Shown here: in pieces, positions 25,650 through 37,899 of the stretch
How the letters are laid out: the number at the start of each line of letters is the position of its first letter
Position numbering within the stretch: the first letter of the stretch is position 1
Source: Octopus vulgaris
Taxonomy: Eukaryota
Direction of reading: 5' to 3'
Length of the DNA stretch: 64,000 bases
NCBI GenBank assembly: GCA_951406725.2
Contig: OX597814.1
Span: forward strand, 34,658,001 to 34,722,000
The notes under the pieces: generated by a model
Databases searched by the model: none
The model's input: the letters and a program-made list of their open reading frames with translations, nothing else
Told to the model about the DNA's origin: nothing
Position numbers and translations under genes: made by a program

Positions 25650-26310
25650 GATATTTTTCATGGTGATCTCTGACAACAATATACGGCCTATTGGCCTCAA
25701 TTTCTCTCTCTGTGTGTATTGGCATATCCCAGAGTATGGTTACTTTTTTATTTTCTGTGACCTTTTCTGGCGTGTGCCTATACCATCTTTTTTCTGTTGT
25801 TATTCCATAGTGTTGGCATAGTTTCCAGTGTATGTAGATCCCATCTCTATCATGTCTGTAAATATGTTCTTTCTTAGCCAGGACTGAGCAGCCAAGAGAA
25901 AATATGATTTTTTTTCTTCTCCATCTCCACATATTCTGCAATTACTTGTATTTCTATTCATTACATGTTTTTAGTAATTTCTGGGAGGAAGGCTTTGAAA
26001 TTGTGCTGCAATTAAAATCCTTCAGTCTCTCCTGTGAATCATGAGCTTCTCAGCCATTGTTGGGATTTTGCTTTGTCTATTTCTTTTCTGTTTAGTTTAA
26101 CCTAGTATTTGCCATGGAGGGGCTATTCTTGCAATCGTATTATCATGACCCATTGCTGTTCCCTGTTTTAGTTTGGATTTCAGTTCTTTTACAGCTTTTG
26201 CTGTGTCTTCTTTTACATTATAGTTGCTAGGTACTACGGATTCTTTTTTGTATTTGTCAGTTTCCTTAAAGACTGAAAACAGTCTTTTGGTTTGTTCGTG
26301 TTTTGTGGCT
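25650..26310 (-). mobile_element. R4/Dong-type LINE fragment (CCHC and restriction-like endonuclease)
   Basis: GCSVLAKKEHIYRHDRDGIYIHWKLCQHYGI..WYRHTPEKVTENKKVTILWDMPIHTEREIEANRPYIVVRD; abuts (TTA)n at 26318-26350. Confidence 0.85.
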
Positions 26311-26349
26311 ATTTGTATTATTATTATTAATTATTATTATTATTATTAT

Positions 26350-26570
26350 TTCCTCCATCTTAACGAAGGCGAAGATATTATTTTCAATCGTGTTCGTTTG
26401 TCTGTTTGTCTGTGGACAAAAATATCTCAAGATCCGCTGGTTGGATTCGGATGAAACTTTCAGAAATGTTTGGCCTCATTATTGACACGAACTAATTAAA
26501 TTTTGAGATCTATTCAGTATCGGACAAGGATTCTGGATTATTTCTTCCCGTTTTGTTTTTACCTAATTGT
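26350..26570 (+). mobile_element. Helentron-associated (HINE/DINE-like) element, 5' part
   Basis: Hairpin-like start, then GTTTGTCTGTTTGTCTGT..ATATCTCAA..GGATTCGGATGAAACTTT. Confidence 0.5.
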
Positions 26571-26675
26571 TGAGAGCGGTCGGGGAGAAACACACACACA
26601 CACATAGAGGCACACACACACACGCGCGCGCGCACACACACACACAGACATACACACACATACATATATATACAT

Positions 26676-27047
26676 AGTGGAAGCCGACTCGTAAAATCCT
26701 TTCCTAGACCTATTTCACTCAAAGAAACATATCAAGTTTGGTCTCCCTATCGCTGATCACGCTTCATATGGCGTCTACGGCTTGCAAGGAACTTACATGT
26801 CATACCATACTGACCACAAGTCAGCGCCCGCTTTTAGCAGCAGCCCGACCATATGAATGCTGAGAGCTACAATGCCGAGTGAGATCACTGGCCGACCCAC
26901 GTACACTACAACACAATATACATGAGTGATTATGCTGGAAATCCCATTCGTAGAAGGGGGAACATCTATGATCACGTTCGTGGCTTAGTAAGCTTACTTT
27001 AGAGAAACAGACATTATCACACTGATCACACGGAAGAAACTTCTACA
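26676..27047. mobile_element. Putative solo LTR, ~370 bp
   Basis: GC-richer block with imperfect terminal inverted repeats AGTGGAAG..CTTCTACA, flanked by TACAT on both sides. Confidence 0.4.
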
Positions 27048-27204
27048 TACATAAATACATACATACATACTTCTGTTAAATGTAAGCATAACAGGCCGGA
27101 TATTGTTGTTTGGGATTAAGGGGCAAGGTATCACAGAGGTCAGTTGTCTTGCCGATATAAATATTCATACCAGCGCTAGGTTTTGTTAGTAAATGCTTAA
27201 AGGA

Positions 27205-28680
27205 GAATCTGTATAAACTGGGATTTTCAGAAAGAGAAACTGACCGACTAATTCATACATTACAAGTGCAATCTGTAAGTGGAATAGTAAAAATATGTAA
27301 GACTTTTATCAGGTTCCAAATATGAATTTGTCTGTGTTAACTACATCCCAAAGGTGCAGCTTAGCATCATTGTTGGAAAACGGCTCCCTCTTCAGTGGAA
27401 GATTTATAATATTTAAAAAAAAATAGTAGATACATACAAACATACATACATACGACGTGCAGGCATAGAAGGCTGTTTAAAATATATTTTTGAATATTCC
27501 CTTCTACAATTATGCTGTCTTCTCCAGCCTAAATCAGTAATTGGTTTATTTCTCCCATTATAAATAAGAGAAACACCCTTTACCTACCCACGTAGCGATA
27601 CTCAGACCGGATTTGAAAAAATATACTTCTTACCAAATGGAATTTCGCTAACACGACAATGGCTGAAACGAACACCACCACTACCGACGAAGACAACACT
27701 ACAACAGCAGTAAATTATCTAAGAAGACGTAAGTACTCCTCTAATTTTACTTGAACTGTGCATCTAAACCAAGCGCTATACCATAATAATTGGAGCACTT
27801 GCTTTTGTAAATAAATTCCTAGTTGTCAGTCTGGATAAGCTTGAATATTCAGAAAAAAAACAGCAAAACAAAATCAACTGATTCGCCCATTATAAATACA
27901 GTCTATAAGTGGAACAGTAAAAATGTTCAAGACATTTCTCAGATTAAAAACTGTGACATTGTCTTCGTTATCTACATTCTAAGAGATGGATCTTTGTATC
28001 TTTGTTAGAAACCAGCTCCTTGTTCAGAGAAAGAATTTAGATGATTAAATACAGAGCGGACAAGCACACACACACACACACAATCCCCCCCACCCATACA
28101 ATTATTCCATGGATAATTGTGTGTGTGTGTGTGGGGGGATAAAAGTTTTTCAGCTACCACACGTATAATACTATCTACGAAATACTACTACGAAATACTA
28201 ACTGCTCCTGAAACATGACATAACTTGAAAGTCTATTTACAATGCTATCCGCAGGTACGCTTGGCCCAACTTATACATTATAGGCAGGTCATATACATCA
28301 TGTGTTCACACCTTTAAAAACAAGGAATTCTGGTGGAATACTGCCATAAAAAAAGCAAATTGATTCAATCGTAAAGCTGATGCTGTAGCAAAAGCCATTC
28401 AATGCTTCAGAGATCTGCTGCCCGGTGGATGTGAAAGACCAGTGAAAAGTTCAGGAAAAAAACCCCATTTAAGGTGAATTGATGCGGAATTTACAGCTCT
28501 TGTGCTCTGACAATAAATTCTCATTTGTATCTATAATATGGGCATCAGGCTATGTATCAATGAATTTACACAAAAACAAATAAATACTAGGTTTTTCGAA
28601 GAAAGACAGCAAAAAACACTAACGCGGATTCTCTAAATCCAATCTGTAAGTGGTACAGAGAAGATTTGTAAGACGTACCA
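27205..28680 (+). repeat. Three diverged tandem copies of the 11145 module (donor-like sites at 27275, 27905 and 28646)
   Basis: ATCT|GTAAGTGGAATAGTAAAAATATGTAAGAC, GTCT|ATAAGTGGAACAGTAAAAATGTTCAAGAC, ATCT|GTAAGTGGTACAGAGAAGATTTGTAAGAC. Confidence 0.7.
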
Positions 28681-28985
28681 AATGCTTTCCATCAAAGACA
28701 TTTTTGGTGATGAGATGCACTCACTCAACTTTACACACGCTCACGCACGTACGAAGGCGCGCGCAGACACACACGTATGCATGAAGGATGTGGATTTTCG
28801 GTCTTGATATGTTGTCTGGTTCTGTCTCGTTATCTCACGCTTTTTGTTAGAGAGTAGCCAAGGATATCTTGATCCTGAAATATTGCCGGATAGTCCACGG
28901 CATACTTTACAATGTCATGCAATTTACTGTTTGAATAAGCAAGTAATACTAGCTCACACTTAAATTCTCTGTTTACACACACACA

Positions 28986-29056
<71 letters not shown>

Positions 29057-30165
29057 GTGTGTATGTATGTATGTATGTATCTAACACACACACAGAAGCA
29101 CTCACACATACACGCATATATATAACATATATCTTGTATATATAAGTTTATATATGTATGCATATGTGTGTGTACAAATATAGTTATATACGTGTATATG
29201 TATATATGCATGTATGTATGTTTGTATGTATGAATGCATATATTTATGTGTTTGTATACATATATATAAAGATACAGTTCTAAAAGTGCAAAGGGCCCAT
29301 GAAGATTAAAATGTATAAAAATTTGCTGTAAGTAACTCTATATATCGAGGTTCTGAATGGACACTGCACAACGGCTTCTCTATTTCATAATGCTTGATAT
29401 CTGCCAATAACAGAAATACCAGTATTTAAAAACAGGCATTTCAACCTTTTATCTGACCTGCGTGCCACCTGTGATACACAGGACATATTTCGAAGGCGTC
29501 CGAGCATCGTAGAAGATAAACGTTTCCAATATTCTCCAACAAAATAGAGTAAGATGGAACAAATGAGAGGGAGGCTTTATATTACTCGACGTATGAAACA
29601 AGGGCTAAACTAATTAAATGAGAACCAAGAATGCAGGCTTAGGACAAATTTATGTAAATGATTCGGATAGGGAAAAGGTTAATCGAGCATATACTAACTC
29701 TAAGAAGGATTAGAATTTAGTTGATTATAATAGTTTATCAAAAATAAATAAAGAAATGAAAAGGAGAAAAAGAATAAATAAATAGATGAAAAAGAACAAA
29801 AATCAATTTATATTACACTCAGAGATTGAAATGGTGAACCTGGTTCTCTTATTGATCTTTCTTCCGTTCTTTATTGGCATTTAGTAGATATATGCAGACG
29901 CACATAAATACACACACAAACGCTCATGCACATACGCACGCACATACACACGGACACAAAAGTATACGATGATTAAGAGCATTTTAGAATTCTGTAGACA
30001 ATCCCACTGACATATACAAACACATATGCATATAGAAATATAAATAATGCATACACACGTGCAATATATACAAAAATGTAAATATAAAAGCGTATGTATA
30101 CTGTCCATATATATATATATATATATATATATACTCACACACATACATACATATATAAATATAAA

Positions 30166-30274
<109 letters not shown>

Positions 30275-30803
30275 GTATATGTATAATCATAATTTAATAT
30301 CTCGACATATTTGCCTGACATATCAATATATTATACGTTTAAATAATCCATCTCATATGTATTCTGCAGCCAATGAAAGTAAAAAAACAAGTAGAAAAAT
30401 AAAAAAAAATTTATAAAAAATATAACAGACAGATATTCCTTGAATAGTTTTTAATGTTCCATTCTATTGGCGACAAACGTCTTTATTATTCTAAAGGTGC
30501 ATGTTGTTTCTGACAATTAGTCAAATATATTGCGGCATCAATATTCTAGCTTTTGTTCTATATCTCATAAACTGGCAGCATTTTTCACCGTTGACAGACA
30601 CACTGACCGCAACACCTTGAACTGGCGTATTACCAAAATATTTTCTATATATAACCATCGACTTTCTCACATAATTATTCCATGGAGGATAAAAGTTTTT
30701 CAGCTAGCTCACGTATAAACACGCAAGCAGACAACACATACGCACATATGAAGGCATACACATCGTGTATGCATGTATATATATATATATATATGTGTGT
30801 ATG

Positions 30804-30852
<49 letters not shown>

Positions 30853-30854
30853 TA

Positions 30855-31710
30855 ACGGGGTTTGATGAGTAAATTGCCACTATTTTATATTTTTATTTCG
30901 CGCAAGCGCATCGATTCTTTTTTATTTTGTCGGCTACAAAATATAGTAGGGTCAGTTGGGCACTATTAGTGAGGAAAACACCACCATGATGCAATCCACT
31001 CTGCCAGAAATTTTGAAATGACATGTACTACTTGCCATCGCGCCTAAACCTCCAATATGAAAATATCAGAGTTTGGGTGTCATTCTGGGACAGTGTATGT
31101 ACCGAGAGTGATAGAAATGAAACATCCAGTCAAAATCATGGTGTTTGGATTGATCATTAGTGATGGTGACGTAATGCCTCCATTTATCTTCCCACACGGC
31201 CCGACACTCAACACGGAGGCCTACATCAAGTGCCTGGAGGAGGTAGTGCTGCCCTGGGTCAAGATAGTGGCTGCTGGAGAAGACCCTATGCCTAGCAACA
31301 GTACTCTACACCATGCCACACAACCACAAGAGATCCCAGTCATGGCTGTCAGACAATTTCTGCGACCACATGACCCTTAACATCTAACTGCAACCCCTTG
31401 AATTCTACGTGTGGAGTGTAGTTGAGTGAGAGAGCAAAAAATCTCCTTGTACACCAAAGATGAACTGAAGGCAAGGATTATGACAGCATTCACCAACTTA
31501 AACAAGGAGACCGTCCAGAAGAGTTGTAGGAGATTGCAAAGTCACCTGAAGGCCGTGGTTGAAGCCATTGGCGATTTTATAGAATAAATTTACTCTTTAG
31601 TATTTCAATGTATTTTAACAAATATATTTTGGTAAATATATCTGTTAAAATATGTCAGGGTTATTTTCATTTTTACGTAACTTAGACGATAGTTTATTCA
31701 CAGCACCTTG
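30855..31710 (+). mobile_element. Tc1/mariner maT (DD37D)-like element, internally deleted, with degenerate TIRs
   Basis: KHPVKIMVFGLIISDGDVMPPFIFPHG..LNTEAYIKCLEEVVLPWV...CNPLEFYVWSVVE...TKDELKARIMTAFTNLNKETVQKSCRRLQSHLKAVVEAIGDFIE*. Ends CGGGGTTTGATGAGTAAA / TTTATTCACAGCACCTTG|TA. Confidence 0.88.
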
Positions 31711-32005
31711 TACATATATACATACATACATACATACGTACATACATACATACACTCACACACTCACATATATATATATCTATATATATAAAACTGAGAA
31801 TGTGTGTCTGTCTGTCTGAGTGAATCCCTAAAACTTGAGAACTACACAACCAATTCCATTCAAATTTTACACATGCCTTACTTAGGGTTCATGTAGTATC
31901 ATGGGCAAAACATTCTAACTTCCTGCCTAGGGCACAACAATATCATATCTTCTCCACAATTTCAGTATTACGTGTTAAAAGTGAAATAAAAACATCTCTC
32001 TATTG

Positions 32006-32057
<52 letters not shown>

Positions 32058-32845
32058 CAATAAAAGGCTTCCAAATAAGGAAGCGTAGTGCTAGAACACA
32101 AAAAGGGATAAATTCATGAAAGGAATGAAGATTAAAAACATTTACCATCTCAGCTATATCCCAGACCGACGGTTTCTACCTATTTTTAGCAAACAAACAA
32201 AATATATTTGCCAAGGCCAGGTTCTTCAGTGGGATGCCTTCGTAATCCTAGATGCACTGACTGTTAGAAGCACATGTAGATCTAACTTTTCAAACCTCTG
32301 CGCAGACGCAAATCATACCCGGCGACAGAGAGGATGCCGGTAAAAAATTAGGTAACAGATGGTAATATTGATTACAAGGCCTTCCCAGATGAGTGACTGG
32401 TTATTCAAAGACATTTATAGATTGTAAATTTATTCTGTCCAGTTACATATCAGTATAGTGGTCATTTGCAAACTCCAACTTTCATTTCTCCTTAGCCCTC
32501 ACGTCACACAGCTGTTAATGTTTATTTCAGTTGGGTCACGCCCTTTCAGTTGCTATAGATTCGTAATGCATCTTACGGCTGTGCCTGTCACCTTGATGGT
32601 GAGGAACCCTACATTGGGAGTGGTAACGACTACGGTAGGGTAACTGACTGCTTATTGTGATCATTCGTCTTTTGGTTTCCTGTAGCTTTGCTCTCTTTTT
32701 ACAAACCCAGTGAACATATATTTCCTATTTCAAAGAAATTCAAACAAAAGATATAAGACCCAAGTTAAAAAGATTCTCAACAATCCAACTTCTCTGGTTG
32801 ATATTAAGATGCCCACCCCCAGCAGGGGCCTTAACTCTCACATTT

Positions 32846-33063
32846 TAAGCGTCTCTATACAGTGGCATCTTTAAAACTATGGGTTCAGATATCCTCTCTG
32901 AGCTTGGAAAGCACCAACAAGGAATTTCCCTGATACAGAGTGATTAATTATAGCAAATCACTATTGTTTATCCAAGACAGCTTTGATCATTTGGCAGACT
33001 TTTGGCCCGTATAACTTAGGTAATTACATAGCGTGAGGCAAGGGTAACAACTCAAATGTACCT
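32846..33063 (-). repeat. 218-bp inverted copy of 34325-34542
   Basis: Near-identical; one mismatch seen. Confidence 0.95.
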
Positions 33064-33196
33064 CCTTTAGAAGCCCATTGCTTGTTGATTTATGCTTTCA
33101 TGCGGTTCTGCAAATGATATTGTCTCAACTCAAGTGCTCTTATTGCGCTTCATTGCAGATGCTTTTAGTAGTAGTATTTTAATTGATTAATTTTTT
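33062..33196 (+). repeat. 135-bp direct copy of 39606-39740
   Basis: Near-identical; one mismatch seen. Confidence 0.95.
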
Positions 33197-33502
33197 GACC
33201 TTCATTTTTCAGGAGCAAAATCTTTTTAACAGGTTCAATAAGACTTGAATTTTGGAATATACGCATAAAAATCAGTAGTATGGGATATATGTGGCATGAT
33301 TACAATTTTTGGTGGGTGTGTAAAGAGGGAAATATCCCTCATATGCAATTTTGTTAAAATTCGAAACATAGATATTCCAGTTCATTAGAGAAAATATAAC
33401 AGAAAAGTCTAATTCTTCAATTGTATGTAACACGAGCAACGCCGGGTATCTCTGCTAATATATATATATGTAACATATGGTATATGTGTGTGTATGTATA
33501 TA

Positions 33503-33558
<56 letters not shown>

Positions 33559-33640
33559 AATTGAGATAGGGGTTGTAAATGCAACCCTCCATGGGATAAC
33601 ATATATCCAATATACTGCTAGTGAAGTACCCAACAAAGTT

Positions 33641-33795
33641 AAACAATTATTTGTTTAGCTTAAATAGTTGATTTCGCTTAGTAAACTTATGCTCTAATGT
33701 TTATTGATATAAGTGTAAACTTTTGTTTTTCAGTTTTCTGCAATCGATTCCATGTGCACACTTTAATTGAAGACACAAGGAATATTACTTTTTAA
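33641..33795 (+). repeat. ~155-bp direct duplicate of 35246-35402
   Basis: Near-identical with a few substitutions. Confidence 0.95.
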
Positions 33796-33862
33796 AAAAT
33801 CTTACATAACAAATATATAAACGTATATATATATATATAGTTACCCTTATTTTATAAGTTAT

Positions 33863-33893
<31 letters not shown>

Positions 33894-33907
33894 CGTATAT
33901 TATATAT

Positions 33908-33962
<55 letters not shown>

Positions 33963-33991
33963 GGGAGATAGAGGAAGTGATACAAAGAGAG

Positions 33992-34022
<31 letters not shown>

Positions 34023-36089
34023 AATGGGGGAGAGAGAGAGATTATGACTAATTCTTTGCTAAGAGGCGTTTCATAGTTAATCCGTAGCTGTCAATTAGCT
34101 TTCTAACAAATATCACATTTTCCCACCTTTGAATGAAAATTCAACTTTCTTTGAAATGAATTCTTAATTTTTTCGAAGTTATTTTCTCTTTTCTTAGGTA
34201 GTTTATAATAATTCATGCTAATTCTTGGTTTTAATACTAAAAGCAAATTTAATTTCAATATGTATTTTTCAGCACGCAACTCATAGCACCCACTTTCTGT
34301 TGGAATTATAGAAATTCTTGTTGTAGGTACATTTGAGTTGTTACCCTTGCCTCACGCTATGTAATTACCTAAGTTATACGGGCCAAAAGTCTGCCAAATG
34401 ATCAAAGCTGTCTTCGATAAACAATAGTGATTTGCTATAATTAATCACTCTGTATCAGGGAAATTCCTTGTTGGTGCTTTCCAAGCTCAGAGAGGATATC
34501 TGAACCCATAGTTTTAAAGATGCCACTGTATAGAGACGCTTACAATGGATTGTGATGTTCAGGTATCTAATAATTTTGAATGGTTCCAAAAGTAAGAGCT
34601 ATTAGTTTCAAAAGTTGCCCAATATTTCTGATTCCACTTTAAGAGATATCGCAGTGACGCAAGATCTGAAATTTTTGATTATTCCATGCCGCATTAAATT
34701 ATAGCTTGGCTCTATTACTAGTGTTCCACCTTATTAAATTCACGCCATTTCTAGGTTTCTGAATTTCCAGACGAAATGTTTTATATTAGAGCATTGAATT
34801 TTAAAAAAAAAAAGTGTTTGCTGTCCGCTACATAATTCCTTTCAATGTTGTCTAGATATGCTATGGTTGCTTGGTGTACGACATTTTTAGAGGCAGAGAT
34901 TTATGTACAGGTATATGACGGGATAGATGATGGACGGCCATAATCTGCCATCTTTCATTCAACAATACAAAAGCTAGTGCCCATATCAAGGAAATACACA
35001 ATATACTACCCTATCTTGAATTTAAAACTAAACTCTTTCTAAGGATTTGTAGCTTAGTATGGATCTATCACTCCAAAATTTGCTCAGGTTAATTCTCGCT
35101 CGGTTTATCTTATACTTTTGATCTTATGGGTGTCTCAGTTATGGTAATATCGTTTGCACACGTAAACATTGACTCTCCTAAATCAGTCAAGATGTCATCC
35201 ACATACAGTAACAATACTAACGGTTACGCAAGTAAAAAAAGAAACAAACAATTATTTGTTTAGCTTAAATAGTTGATTTCGCTTAGTAAACTTATGTTCT
35301 AATGTTTATTGATACAAGTGTAAACTTTTGTTTTTTCAGTTTTCTGCAATCGATTCCATGTGCACACTTTAATTGAAGTCACAAGGAATATTACTTTTTT
35401 AATATCCGGAAAAAATATCCCGTAATTTTCGGAGTGAGTAAATTGGATTTGACATTCATTTATTTCCACAAGTCTTTAGGGAAATGATTGAAGACGACCT
35501 GAAGTATTACTGAAAACTCATTACACAACCATCGGATAAGAGAGATAATAAAATTTTGTTAAGGTTTATTATTCAGCGTAGCAAGATGCTCGATGCGAGG
35601 AGGCAGCTCCGCTTGTTTTATTATTAGTTCCAGCAATTTTATGCAATTTATCTACGCCAATAAAGCCCTGGATGAAAACATTACAGCTGAGTCATCTATT
35701 TAGGCTGTATAGTGAAGGGTCACTGAGCATTCGTAAAATCAAAAGCAAAACAAATCCCTTTGTTCTTTATTGCTTACTGTTTCATTTTTGTATTACACGC
35801 AGTCATTAGTCCGCGGTTATTCTGAGACACAACCATATAAAAGTTTCAGTCGATCATGTCTATTTCATGCTTATTTCAACTCAGTATTTTTTGAATGACT
35901 AAGTTAAGTTTTTTATTTATAAGAATGCACTTATAGGCAGCATTTTACAGCGATTTACACACATACACGCGAACATAAACACACACACGTACACACACAT
36001 AAACACACACATATATATATACATACACGCGCATATATATACATATATATTGATACATCTATACATATTTGTGTACAGATGTATGCATT

Positions 36090-36160
36090 TATGTATGCAT
36101 GTAAGTATGCATATAAGTATGCATGTAAGTATGCATATAAGTGTGCATGTAAGTATGCAT
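36090..36160. repeat. 22-bp minisatellite (TGCATGTAAGTATGCATATAAG-like), ~3 copies
   Basis: Direct reading. Confidence 0.85.
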
Positions 36161-37234
36161 CGTTGACGACGAAACCGGTAATAATCCCAAGCCTGCTTGG
36201 TAAAGAGGATGGCTTTAGCTGGACACCGTACAGGACGAAAAAGAAAATCTGTCAAGAGGCGGATAAATTCAATAGAGTCAACGGCTATTCAACATTTTGG
36301 AGTGAATGAGCACTAGTCTTTGTTTAGATATCTCACTAAACACTTACAAAGCTCACTTATACAAATATACGCTAAAGAAGAGGAACTCCTATGTCATCAG
36401 TTAGTCTGAAGCCGGTTTTAACGGTGATCACATGATTGGGGAGATAGAAAAAGGATATCTTAAGCCGAAGACCTACTCAAATGCTTGCATTGAAGTGCAC
36501 TCTGCTAAAGATACTCAAGGGTTCCGTTGTAATTTTATAATGGGCGGACGGGAGATTTTCAGGTACCTACTTTAACATGCACGTCAAATTTTCAGGTACG
36601 CATTTTAACATACACGGCTTGAATTAACGAGAACAATAGTAGAAGATACTTGCTCAAGATGTTGTAGAATAGTATAGAACCCAAACCTCAGTGTATCATC
36701 TGGTATTTCGTATGCTACAGTAAGTACGAAGTTCAATTGATTTTATCACTTATGCATAATTATTAAAATGTTTCATTTTTGTTTCTGACGTTTTAAATTT
36801 TTCTCAAGGTCATTCTATTTACAATGGTATGTGCTAATTGAGTAACGGAAATACAAAGCAGGTTGTATGGAATGTGAAATATAATGTGTTTGCAAACATA
36901 TATATACAATGCAACAGAATTCCTTTTAGATATTGATGACATTAACAGTATAAAAATATATACCCAAATATTGACAACAAATGCACAGAAAGAATTCATT
37001 TGCTTTATTTACTTACCTTTTTTTAAATTAACGTCGACTTAAATATATTTTTACTTTAGGTAACAGAATGGAAAGTATTTAGCTGGTATTTCGTTCGTCG
37101 ATCACAGAACGATGAAAAACATTCGAGTTTAGCGGCATTTACATTTTGGCTTTAAAATGTTATGAAATGAAATCCTGCTGTAGGCAATTTTGCATTATGT
37201 AACATCAATATTATATATACACACGCGCGCACGC

Positions 37235-37319
<85 letters not shown>

Positions 37320-37899
37320 TCGACATTGCCACAAGCATAATTCAACTGAACTGTACAATCAATAAGCTGCGTTTCGATAAAATTCTTATCTCAAACGCAT
37401 CAATGTAACAAACACAAACCATCTGAACACCACCAAATATACAAGAATAATGTCTGTAATGTCAGTTTGGTGCCCAGTTTGGAAACTCTAATATTTTGTC
37501 CGTAGGAGAAAGGAAAAGTAAATATCATATATGAGAAGTAAACATAAAATAGAATAAAAGTAAAGCAATTATCTTGATCAGTGTAAGAAATGTTAAAATA
37601 TACTATCAAAGTCAGGGGTCTTTTTTGTGTTTTACTGTAAACGAGTAAGACTGTGTTGCTTAAGATATCAGGAACAAGATTTACGAAGAAGATAGTCGTC
37701 CGCTTCTAGAAAAGCAGTAATTGTTTTCAGATGAAATATTGGTTAAGTTTAAAACAAATAAAACAGTTTTTATACGACATAGTAGTTGTCTCTTAAATTC
37801 TCTATTATTTGACATATTCGCTATGCTATACTGAGAAACCATCTTTTTTCTCTTGTATATATGACTGCACAAAACATACTCATATATCTATATATGTAT

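Larger units (their letters stand above)
31779..33458 (+). mobile_element. Non-autonomous Helitron interval, ~1.7 kb, with internal foreign segments
   Basis: A|TCTATATATATAAAACTGAGAATGTGTGTCTGTCTG start; 3' end CACGAGCAACGCCGGG..CTAA|T like the 21714 element. That both ends belong to one copy is inferred. Confidence 0.65.

Noticed and set aside
32100-32800. Possible Helitron helicase or captured gene fragment
   Set aside because: Short ORFs without recognisable motifs.
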